The notes under the pieces: generated by a model
What the model was told of the DNA's origin: nothing
Seen by the model: only the letters and a program-made list of their open reading frames with translations
Database searches by the model: none
Made by a program: the position numbers and the translations under genes
Shown here: positions 51,124 to 62,628 of the stretch, piece after piece
Layout of the letters: each line of letters begins with the position of its first letter
Numbering within the stretch: the stretch's first letter is position 1
NCBI GenBank assembly: GCA_965178125.1
Contig: OZ237775.1
Location: forward strand, 372,001-436,000
Source: Bilabrum cf. latius
Taxonomy: Eukaryota
Length of the DNA stretch: 64,000 nt
Direction: 5' to 3'

Positions 51124-53319
51124 ATGCGCTCCGTTATTGGCATTGCTGTAATGGTAATGTCTACATTTGGTGATCAAGCGGTAATTGATCCGTCAGGAAG
51201 CCGTATTGAAAAGCAGGACGTTCCGGAGCGGTGCTGCGTGAATACAGTCAACATCGCACCGCAATCCCTATCAGGATGTGGTGGTGATCGCTGGACAGGG
51301 CTCCCATTTGCAACCAGATCGCCTGCTCTCGGCGTCAATGGAGCAGCAGCAAGCTCGCAGCCCATGGTAACTTAGACGGCGATCGACGTTCTGAAGAGCG
51401 GCGGCAATGCAATCGATGCTGCTGTTGCGGCAAACGCGATGCAAGGCCTGGTTGAGCCCATGTCGAATGGCGTTGGTGGCGATGCAATGATCATTGTGTG
51501 GGAGCCTAGTTCCAGCTCTGCTTCCGCGGAAGATGGAGCCAATTCAAGCGGCAAAGTGATCGGGTACAACGGATCGGGGCGCTCTCCCAAGGGAATGTCC
51601 TACGACCAGCTCATCGCCAGCCTTAGGGGGTCACCCCTTATTCCAATTGTGGGTCCTCTTCCCGTGAGCACTCCGGGAGCCGCCAAGGCCTGGTGCGACA
51701 TGGTCGAGGAGCACGGCTCAGGCATGCCGTTCGAGCATCTCCTCGCCCCCGCCATCCAGGCAGCACGGACGGGATTCCCCGTGACGCAGGTCATCGCAGC
51801 CGAATGGAGAGACACTGTGCTTTCCTTGATCGCCAATAACGACACGATCACCAGCCACGGGCAGTTTCCTAACGCCCTCGACGGCTTCCTGATGACCTAC
51901 ACCATCCCAGATCCGGATGCAGCAGAGGGCGAGGCAGCTGATACCGATGGCGCCTCCGCTGTGTAGCATGAGGAGAAGTCTAGAGACAGCACGGCAGTCC
52001 TGGCCCGCGCCCACGAGGTGGAGGTGCTGCCCGGTGACCTGGCAGAGGCGCAGGTGCTCCTCGCGCACACAGGAAGCGAACAGATGCGGAACCTTCCGGC
52101 GCCGCGCATTGCCTTCGCCATCGCCGCGCTGCGGGCCTCTGGTCGCCACAGCCCTGAGCAGGGCGAGATCTTCAGGAACCCCGCCCTCGCTAGCACCTAC
52201 CAGGCCATGGCGGAGGGAGCGGCCAAGGCTGGGAGTGCGCAGGGCGCCTGCGACGTGTTCTACAACGGGAGCATCGCTCAGAGGCTCTCGGAGTATTTCC
52301 CAACCGTCGGAGTCAGGCTGACGTCAGAAGATCTCGCGGGTCACCATGGCGACCACGTCGAGCCTGCCTTTGTGACGTACCGAAACGAGAGCACGCGGGT
52401 CTACGAGCTACCTCCCAACCCCCAGGGGCTGGCTGCACTGCAGATGCTCAACATGATGGAGTTGGGGCCTGACCCCCACGGCCCCGGAGGCCACAACGGT
52501 GCCGATTTCCTGCACTGGTCCGTCGAGGCCAAGAAGCTGGCATTCGCGGATCGAGCTAAGTACTACGCCGATCCAGATTTCGCAAACGTGCCAGTGGAGG
52601 GTCTGATCAGCAAGCAGTACGCTGCCGAAAGGGCTAAACTCATCGACACCTCTCGTGCCGCCAAGCAGGTAGACCCGGGCAATCCCTTCGCTCAGAACTA
52701 GGAAGAGCCCGGTGCCGGCGACACGATCTACCTGACGACAGCCGACAAGGACGGGAGGATGGTCTCTTGGATTCAGAGCAACTATTACCCCTTTGGCAGT
52801 GGGCTGGCAGACCCTGAGTGCGGGTTTGCTCTGCAAAATCGCGGCAATCTGTTCCGCACCTGGCCGAGGAACTCGTCCAACGTGTACGCGCCTGGCAAGA
52901 GGCCATTCCATACCATCATGCCGGGCCTGTTGGTTGTTAACGGCGAGGTGTTCTCCAGCTTTGGGGTGATGGGGGGCAACATGCAGCCCCAGGGGCACGT
53001 GCAGGTCGTCTCGAACATGATTGATTTCGGAATGAACCCCGTGGAGGCAGGAGACGCCGCGCGCTGGCGGCACAGCGGCTCGCAGCAGCCTACCGGCACG
53101 AACATGACGGACGGCGGCAGCTTGAGCCTGGAGGGCGGCATATGCCCAGGAGTGCGGGCAAACCTGACGTCCAGGGGACACGAGCTGCGGTACGAGGCAG
53201 GCGGCTTCGGGGGCTACCAGGCAATCCAGAGGCTTCGGGTGAGGAACGGGACGGGGTTCTCGCACGTGTACGCGGCTGGAACCGAGAAGCGGAAGGATGG
53301 AAGCGCGATGGCGTACTGA
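51124..53319 (+). CDS. ggt: Gamma-glutamyltranspeptidase (Ntn hydrolase, YwrD-like), 731 aa; read with TAG=Gln
   Basis: SSQPMVT*TAIDVLKSGGNAIDAAVAANA, EPMSNGVGGD, YELPPNPQG, catalytic Thr in GDTIYLTTAD, KRPFHTIMPG, GVMGGNMQPQGHVQV. TAG at 51373, 51964 and 52699. Ends TGA. Confidence 0.92.
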
Positions 53320-53582
53320 TCGGATATGTCCCGATTCTGATCCGAATTTTGGACCTATTTGGAGCCCGGATCTGAGTAACTGTGAGGGCCCACATCCAGG
53401 ACCCTGATCAGATAGCATGAAACGATTATTACCTAAAGTCTTGCTTCCAGCCAATCAACCACGCTGTAGAGATTTACCGACCGATCCGAATGATCCTGGG
53501 GATGCGGGATGCTCAGAGTCTGTCCGGACCGGATCGGCTCCAGTGCAGCCGAGTTGCAATCTGCGCGACGCAATCGTCACCG

Positions 53583-56500
53583 TTACCGATACGAAGTGTA
53601 TGTACCCAGGGTCTCAGGTTGATTTGAGTCTACCTCTCCTGGCTGGGCTACCCTTGGCTGGTTCGTTTTACCAAGGGGAGCGTAAGGCTCGAAATCTCTG
53701 CGATTGCGACTACCAGTTGCACCCCGGTTCTTCATAGCCATCGGATTGAATACGCGAAGCATGGCAGGCATTCCAATGCTAGCCCGCCAGCTTGCAAGTT
53801 CTTTCACGTGAGCCAGATCATCGGTGCGAACTCGGATTGGGAGCAAGTCAGTGCCCAATTCTGCAGGCGGCTCGAACAGAACCCCCCCGACTCCCAGCAA
53901 GTCGCGCTCATGCTAGGCATCAGCATGGATATCGTGCTGAATTTGCTGCGTAGAAATAGGCTGGGCTAGAGCTTGAGTAGATCTATGTTGGTCGTCGGCA
54001 GAACCAGCACCGCCTACTGCTTCACGTCGTATGCCGCCAGACTTAGGCTGTTGGTATTGGCGCACCGTCGGAATGGACCTGCTGCCTGTCTCCAAGTCCT
54101 CAAAGGTCACTGTGGACCCCTCTAACAGCCCAACCCTGCTTGCAATCACTGCCTCCGGCTGGCCTAGGCATTTAGGGATCGGCAGCTCGTTCGGCTGCAT
54201 CCCAAGCTGCCTGGCAATGTCAGCCATCGTGCCACCTCGAATTGGAACTCGGATCTTCCTAGACTTCGAAAGGGATGCACTTGTAGCTTGTGTATCAGAC
54301 GGGCTCGAATCGGGCTGCAGCACCTGCACATGCATCTCCATCACGCCTGCAGCGGCTCGCGCCAAGATTCGATGCAATGGTAGGTGACCACTCACAATCG
54401 CCGAAATTAGCGCGTCCTACAGCTTCGGGTCATCCTCGTTCCCGCCTGGCATAATGCACAGTTGCACGCGGATTGGAGGCAGCTCGTGCTTCCTGTACTT
54501 GCACTCGGCGAAGAAATCACCCACGGCACTGGTGATGATCCTTGCCCCCTCAGTGATGCCCAGCCCGTGCATGCCCGACCAGATGGGGATACGGAGCACC
54601 ATCGGTACCTAGTGGTCACGTGGTGTTATATCCGCAGGTCTTCTCAGCGGCACAGGCTCCTCCTCGCTGGACGGGTCTTCCTCTGTGTCTACCACAATTG
54701 AGCGCAATCTACCGGTTGACAAGAACCGATCGAGGTCAGAATACGGATTCGTACCATCATCACCTCGTCTAGTAAGTGAGCTGGACTGCCTTGACTCCTC
54801 AGATCTTCCATGTGTTCCTGCAGCACATGCTGTTTGGCAAGCGGTTTGGCTTTGACCACTCGCTTGTTGTGCTCCGTCGATCGATGCAGCGGCGCCCCCC
54901 CCCGGAAAACGTATATCGCGGTGCAGTCCGTCTAGCTCAGTCATGGGCTCTGCATGTACCCGCTTACTGTGTTCTTGCTATCGCCGCCGCGGCGACTTTT
55001 TGCCAACTGAGTGAAGCAACCGCGCACCGCACGGATCGGCGTCATACCACCTTGCTGTTCCATCGTTGATGGTATCATATCTACGTTGAGCTGCGCAGGC
55101 CTGAGCCATTGCAGCGCTCTCATCTTCATTGACCTCATCGTCGATGCGATAACCTCTTGCCCTGCACTCGTCAAGTACAGCCTTAACCAGGAAATGCCTT
55201 GTTCCCTCGAACAGTCCGATCTTTCGACTAGCTAAGCATGCCATGTTCTATCGGGCCTCGTGTATCTCGCTGTCTGTAGTTCGAGCGTCGCTAAGGTATG
55301 TCCCTCTCAGGCCATCTTGCATTTCGTACACTTCTTCGTTATTCTGCACCGCGGGGCGCAACGTCTCGACGCAGTATATCGCACACGTTCCCGAATCTCG
55401 TTCGGGTGCGACTGGCTGCCCACTTCGCTCTCGTGCCGTGCTTGCACCACTTGCAGGCGCCTGCTAGTGGTGCTCATTGCATGGGTTACTCAAGACTTTG
55501 CGAAGGCAATGGGCCCTGCGGAACGACCGGGGAGCTTCACCGCGGAGATCTCCAATGCTGGCGCCTAATCCATTCTTCTCAAGCTTTGTTACATACATGT
55601 CATTCTCTCGCTTGATCAGCGTGTCTTGCCACTCCTCAGGGAATCCTTCGATTGTGATTGGCAAGCAACCGGCTTCATGAGTACGCAAACGCTTGATGAC
55701 CCAGCCTTCAAGACAAAGAAACGGATGGCTGTCAATGAGGTCTTCCTGTTCGTCTGGTTGCGAACTATTGCGGCGTGCGAGGCCAGGAATTGAAGCAGTT
55801 GTAACCTGACTTGTGGTTTGGCCGGTACGCAAATCGGTACCTCTCGCCTAAGGCGCTGATGGCTGGCGCACCCTCGACACTACGCTTGGCATCACGGCAA
55901 CTGCTACGCTAGCACCTCCTTGATAACCCTGTGTGAGTTCTTTCCAGCTCATCTTGCAGCAGAGCAGCTCTGCCCTCCCGGCCCCTCCATCCGATGCACC
56001 GGCAGTGCTGCCACAGACTGTGTCTGCAACACCAGGCCCGGTAGCTGCATCAGGTACTTGACAATTCCCGTGCGAGGGACAGTCGACATTGAGTGCGCCA
56101 AAGTCGTGCTGGGAAGCATCGGCGGGGACGCTCCAGCCCTACGATGCTAGTCTACGCACGAAATCTGTCATCTTGTCGTATGCGTCTGGCCAATTGAACA
56201 CGATGGTGTGGGTTCCACGGTGCGAGAGATGCTCCTTGCACTTGGTCTTGAACTCCAAGAGATCTTGTTCGTACTTCTTCACCATTTCTATGCGCTTCGA
56301 ATCCGAAAGCTTGAGATACTCCGTCTTGTCAAACTGTGGCGCTACTGTAAGGAAAAAGTGGGGACCCACGTCGCCCACCACCTCGATCGCTTGATCTAGG
56401 CCAGCTAACACGTCTCTATCCTCCAGCCCAAATCCATAGAACATCAGGCTGTAGTCGGAGGCGATCATTCGAAGCATCTGCATTGTCATCGTGTCTGCAT

Positions 56501-59500
56501 GCACCAGTCTCCTGAAATCCTCATGGCTCGACACAAACTCGCCCATGCCACCAGGGCTAATATCGCCGTGCAGCTTAACGAGAGCAGGCACGTCGGATTG
56601 TGATTGCAAGTGGGCTCGCAGTCGCTTGATATCCTTGCGGAAGATTTTAAGAAGGGAAAACTGCCTTTGTACCATGTACTCACCTTTATGTCTGACGGGG
56701 AGGTGGTTCATCCGCTTTAAGGCCTGATAAGCATCTCTCGGCCGCTGCACATGATCGTTTTGGGATTCTCCTCCGGGTGCTCCGTGTTGTCTTGCTGCAT
56801 GCAAAGCAGCCATTACCTTCCAAGTCTCCTCAAAAAGAAGGTCCCAGTTGGTCGTAACGATGGCCGGGAAGGGGCCGGAAAGGAGGGCTGCGTGACGATC
56901 GAGGCTTCCTTTGATGGCAAGCTTCTGGATAACATCTACATCAACATCTACATCTACAGCCGCACCTGCGCCTATGCGAGCATTAGTGCCAGCAGTACCA
57001 GCTGCACCTGCGCCAGAACCAGCGCCAGAACCAGAACCAGCGCCAGAACCAGAACCAGCGCCAGAACCAGCGCCAGAACCAGCACCTGTGCCAGCATTAG
57101 CGCCAGCACTAGTACCAGCACCAGCGCCAGCGCCAGCACTTTCAGGAAAAAGCGTACCCCTCTTGCCATCCTCAATGACACCTTTCACGCATTTTTTAAA
57201 CTCTTTGGCGCCGAACTTCCCAATGAGTTGCAATGTAAATGCATCCAGCTTCACGCCAGAACGATTGATACTGTCATTGAAGCGCTCATATCCGGCTTCC
57301 GTTGGAACATCGTCGTGGACATCAGGAGGGTTCAATGCGTTCCTCAACCTGAGATACACGCAATAGAGCAAAGTTTTCCAAGTGGGAACAAGGCCGTTGC
57401 TCACCCCTGCCCCGGCAAAGGGAATCACCTTCCGGCACCGCGTTCGCTCCAGCAGCAGCCTCACCGACCCCTTGGGGTACTCCATGAACACTAGATTCTT
57501 GTCGTCTTCCAGCGGTGGATTGAGAAGATCCTTGAGAGGAGCTGCAGCTGGTGCAGGGTCTGGGGTTAGACCTGGACCTGGGGCTTGAGCTTGAGCTGGA
57601 GCTGGAGCTGGAGCTTGAGCTGGAGCTGGAGCTGGAGCTGGAGCTGGAGCTGGAGCTGGAGCTGGAGCTGGAGCTGGAGCTGGAGCTGGAGCTGGAGCTG
57701 GAGCTGGAGCTGGAGCTGGAGCTGGAGCTGGAGCTGGAGCTGGAGCTGGAGCTGGAGCTGGAGCTGGAGCTGGAGCTGGAGCTGGAGCTGGAGCTGGAGC
57801 TGGAGCTGGAGCTGGAGCTGGAGCTGGAGCTGGAGCTGGAGCTGGAGCTGGAGCTGGAGCTGGAGGAGCTGGAGGAGCTGGAGCTGGAGGAGCTGGAGCT
57901 GGAGCTGGAGCTGGAGCTGGAGCTGGAGCTGGAGCTGGAGCTGGAGTTGGAGCTGGAGCTGGACCAAGGCCACTGGGAGCTGCATCGCCTGATCCTGCAC
58001 TAGCAAGGCGCCACCAGTGAAGGTCAATTCGACCGGGAGCTGCGAGCGGAACGAGAGCCCCGCGAGATTCCAGCTACGGGCTGGATGCGGTGCTGCCTAC
58101 CTAATCACGATCGATGCCCATCGTAACGAGTTTCTCTCTTGCACAGGCTACCATTTCGTCTGCTTGGTCAGACTAAGCATCTTGCAATCTGGCCACACAC
58201 CACGCCAAATCTCCGACGTAATCTGCTCGTGGTCTGCAACTTGACATGCATGCCCGTACCAAAGGCTCTGAGATCGAAGGGAGGCCTATCTCGCTTGGCC
58301 AAGACCAAGCAAGTCTCCTGTCTATCCAATCGCCCCAACTCTGTATGCAAGGCTCACCCACACGTGATTCACGAGCTGATCTTGACGAGGCACCCTCGCC
58401 ACCGTCTGCAGCAGTCCTTGATACTTCTGCTACTTCTCGCAGCTCAGGTGGCTCAACTGGCTGCCTGGTGAGAATCGTGAACATGATGCAGCCGAGGGCA
58501 TACACATCGCTAGCTTCCGTACGGCGTGCCTTGGGCTCGTTTAAAAACCTCTCTGGTGGCGCGTGCGGCTCAAACCACACATCCGGCGGAGGATCGCTGA
58601 ACCGTCGAGACAGGCCCAAATCAACGAGGGTGGCCCAAAATCGTGTAGACCGTGCTGGATCTGCCCTACTGCTACTAGCAAGTGGGGCGTGATGCACTCC
58701 GAATCGAGACTAGTGCGTCATCCGATGCCGCAGCATAGCCTCCTCGTCGGCATTGGCCTCCCTGAGTACGATGTTGCCGCAGTGGATGTCGCCGTGTGCC
58801 AGTCCTAGCGCGTGCATGGCAGAAACAGCGTCGGCTATCTGGGCACAGATGCAGAAACGCTGCCCCATGCTCAGATCAACTCCGATACCGTCATAAGGGG
58901 CCGGCCACTAGGCCATCGATGTTCTGCCTGCCTCGTGCAGCAGTAATCTCCGGGTGGAGCTGGCGTCGGACAGTGGCGGTGAAGTCATAGCTGCAGCTGA
59001 TGACTTGGGCATGGCCTTCGTGTTAGACTCAACTATTGCTGCACTTTGTACCACATGACCCAAGCCGCTGTAATAGGAAGCTCCCCAAAGCGTTGCTGTG
59101 TGGCACTGAGAACCTCTCGCAGCTAACCGTGCGGCTTCCGTGAGCATGCTGGCTGCAATAAGCTCATACGAAACTCGATCAGAACTCCTAGATTTTTTGG
59201 CAGGGGTATAGCCCGAGCCCTTGCCTTCCCGACCAGCAGAAATGCTGGTGAGTTTAGCATCGCGTTCGCTTTCGATGGATTTCATTTTGATCGTTTTCAG
59301 CAGAAACGCCGAGTGCTCTGTTCCTCGCAGGATAGATTGCGACAGCACTCTAGCCCATTGCTGTACTCGTATCTCCCGCAGCTCCCCAAAATTCCCCTGG
59401 CCCGAAATCGTATTTGTTCGGATCACTGCAGCTTCGGGTATGATTGGAAGCACGCGTACGACGAGCGAATCATCTTTATTTCCGGCAGCCGCAGAAGTTG

Positions 59501-62161
59501 GCCCTGCATTTGCCGTATCACGAGCTGGCACATCCCGTGGCGAAAGCAACATGACGTTGGTTTTCAACGATGGTGGGGCCATGCATATCGGCAGGCGGCC
59601 GGCCGCGACTGATGACTCTGCACGCGCGCACAAAGAAGCACCAGCTTCACAAAGCTACCGAGCACACGCTGATGGCTGGCTATCGACAGCACCGGATGGC
59701 GCAGGCATGTACACAGAGGCATCACCAGTGCCGAAGCCAAGAGAGAGACCATTCCCTAGCCAGTTGATCCACGCCGACTCGTCTAGTTGCTGGCACAGAG
59801 CAGGCCAGGCACTGCGCGAAAGCAAATCTCCACTTCCCCACGTCTCCATGTTCAGCAGCAGCATTGCCCGGGCCCTGGGTTGAACAAGTGGCACGATCGG
59901 GGGCAGGAAGCACGCCGTGTGCTCCGAAAGGGTGGACAGGTCGAGGTGCTGCCTCGCCGCGGCACACGCGTCCTCCCACTCGCGCACCTTGCGCCAAGCC
60001 TGTGCGCGGGCATCATCAGCAGCAGGCGTGATGGGCAATCCCAGCAGGCTCTAGCGCCAGGACACGTCCTTGCGAGACCTGAACATGTCACACAAGCTGC
60101 TGGTACCAGCATTCGATCCGGCCATAGTTTCACAATACCGCTGCTTTGCGAAATCTTCATCATAACACGTGACCTTGGTCTGACGGATGCACCTTATTTG
60201 CAGCTGAGGATCTCGAGACAGCCTCTTCTCCTCATCTTCGTGCATGCACACGAGCACGGTGGGGTCCGTCTCCGACGCTGATATCCGCAGGGCAAAGCAT
60301 ACTGACAGTTTCTCTGTGCTCATTATGTGCTGCTTCTCACTAGTTGCGTTCGCCTCCCGCAGGCGCATGTATGCCTCATCACCTCGACTGCGGCTAGACA
60401 CGAGAGACTCACCGAAAGCGCCTGGTAGGGGACAGGGCAGCTGCGATGCCCACATCAACTAGGATATACGGCCGCTTGAATCGGAATACTACAGGCAACT
60501 GATGACGCCCGCAATCCGTTCTTTGTCTGACTGCAGCAGCATCATTGGGGATACCTCGTCATCTGGTACTCCATGTTGAACCCCCTACCCGCCACCCGCA
60601 GAACTCCCGGCGTGTTCACCGGTCGTCGCGAGCGTCAAACCTCCTTCTACGAGGTCTGTTCCGAGGCCAGCGGCACCTGCATGTGATGCATCCGTGCCTG
60701 CATGCGATGCACCTCCATGAGACCCGTTAAGTCTCAGGGACATTTGCCCATACTCATTCACGTGCACGTCCAACCGGTAGTGATGTACGGTGAGGTGCTG
60801 CTGGCGCCCGACTGCAGAGGAGCCACCGCTCGGTCCAGAACTAGGCGCGGGAGCGTGATCCATGTCAGTGCTCCATGTGAATAGAGCTCTTTCTTTAACG
60901 ATATGGCCCTGCAGCGCCGCAAACGTGACACCGTCTCTACTCGGCTGCAATACTGATGGCGCAGTGTACCCGGCAGCATGCTCGGCAGCTGCTGCGTCCA
61001 AGCCTGGCGTGTCCAAAAAGCCAGCCCCCCGCCCTGCACCGGGTACACCTGCAGTCTTGGCGCCAGAGTCTGTTGCGCCTACTTTTGCAGCTTCATCTCC
61101 AGCACCATCTACTTGGCCCCCGGCTGTGTCTCTGGTTCGACTGCCAGCTAGGCCAGAGCTGAGCTCGGGTGCCTGAAGCTCCCTCAGGTGCTTATGTACA
61201 GCGGGACACACGATCTGAAACGGTGTGATGAAAGATCTTCCGATGTCATCATCACCTGCCGTTCCAACCGCATAGAGGGCCGGAGATTCTTCGGGATGCT
61301 GGGCTGCAGAAGATCCTGTCATTGCACCACCTTGCGCTGCACCCTGGCTTGAAGAAGCACCGTGAGCCGTGGGCGCCGAGATGCGCAGATGTGACGTGGT
61401 CTGGCCCCGAATCATGCCGCTGCTGCCATCTAGCCCAAGCCCTATGACGAGTGCAGCGGCAGCCAGAGCACAGGGGTACTCCCCGCTGACCGTCTTCATG
61501 CCATTGCCCCCGCCCCGCCCCGCCGACAGGATCAAACCCTCTCCGTACTCGCTCGGATTCAACCGCACCAGCCAAGGGTCCTGTCTCTCGATCGACGACA
61601 GCAGCAGGTCGGCGGCCGGGCGAGACATCATCCCCTGCATGCCGGGCAAGGCAGCGTCCAGGGCCAGCAGCCGGTGGGATGCCGCGAGGATCACACGATC
61701 AGGTGTTCTAGCTTGATTGCCATCCGGCATGATGCCAGCTCGCAGGATGTGGAGAAGGCCGGCAAAATCCAGGAAAGGCACCAGAAGGCTCTTGTCTTCT
61801 TTCTCTTGGAGCCTGGGAGGCGTGTCGAGCTGCCCGAGAGCTGCGCGCCAGGCTTCAATGCATCGATTAACTGCATTACCACCAATCTGATCGACCGAGT
61901 ATTTCTTGCTGTTATCGCTTCCGGATGTGAGAGTCTCGCGGATGCGGCGTTCGATCGTTTGCCAAGGCAGCGCCGGGAGCAAGTCTTTGGTTTCCTGCCT
62001 GCACCAACAAGAGTAGGGCAAAAGTAGAATCGCCTACAAATGTAATACAAGATGCATGCCAATGTGACAGCGGTCAGCTCTATCGGCATGCAATGACATG
62101 ACATGCCACACGTACGATCTTACCGTAGGAATGATGCCCAAACCGCTGTAGAAGCTATCAT
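53583..62161 (-). CDS. ~2800-aa multidomain protein: N-terminal region, Ser/Thr protein kinase, (Ala-Pro)n linker, SIR2-like (SIR2_2) domain, possible Macro-like C-terminal region; read with TAG=Gln
   Basis: Twelve same-frame fragments joined by TAG; ends TAA at 53583. Predicted exon 1 at 62124-62161, intron 61999-62123. Kinase motifs GQGNFG, LLKTIK, HGDIHCGNIVL, DLGLSR, HAPPE, SDVYALG. SIR2 motifs IPFAGAGVS..PTWKTLL, IVTTNWDLLFE, LVKLHGDI, LMFYGFGLEDRDV. Confidence 0.8.
57583..57963. repeat. Hexanucleotide microsatellite (GCTGGA)n, ~60 units, encoding an (Ala-Pro)n linker on the minus strand
   Basis: Directly visible. In the frame of the kinase-SIR2 gene it reads GCT CCA repeats with no stop. 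Confidence 0.95.
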
Positions 62162-62628
62162 TACCACTGACTCAGAGAACACTTCAATTGTATGCGTGTA
62201 ATGCCAACGTCGCCAGTAGTTTCTGGCAGAAGTGTACTGAACCGAATTTGGTGTGGGCTGTGGCAATCTTGATTAGTTGAATATACACGGCTCAATCAAA
62301 ATTTGGACTCCCCAAGCGCTTCCCACCCCGAATCCAAGAAGCAGGCGCAGGAAGGAGCCGGTGCCCAGGCACTCACATAGGACAGCTGTCAGTGATGTTC
62401 ACAGTAGACCCAAAAACCAAGCGGGCGCTCGTGATACGAGCCGAAAAGAGGCCGCCGCGACAGGGCGCCCCACGCCCCGATCCTCGACAGGGCGACAGCA
62501 ACCATAGTAGCCCCTGCCTCCATCCTGGACACACGTTCACAGGGCACGTGGCCAGCCGTCTCAAAGAGCACCAGCAGGGCCTCGACAATGCAGAAGCCGA
62601 CTGTCGCCCTCGGCCACACAGCTGGCCC

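Noticed and set aside
53320-53540. GATCCG/CGGATC-rich intergenic patches (also ~40185 and ~51040)
   Set aside because: Short, imperfect similarities with no consistent unit or stem that I could define by eye.
57551-58027. Poly-LE, poly-QL and poly-SW ORFs
   Set aside because: Alternative frames of the (GCTGGA)n microsatellite; the frame continuous with the flanking kinase and SIR2 domains reads (AP)n.
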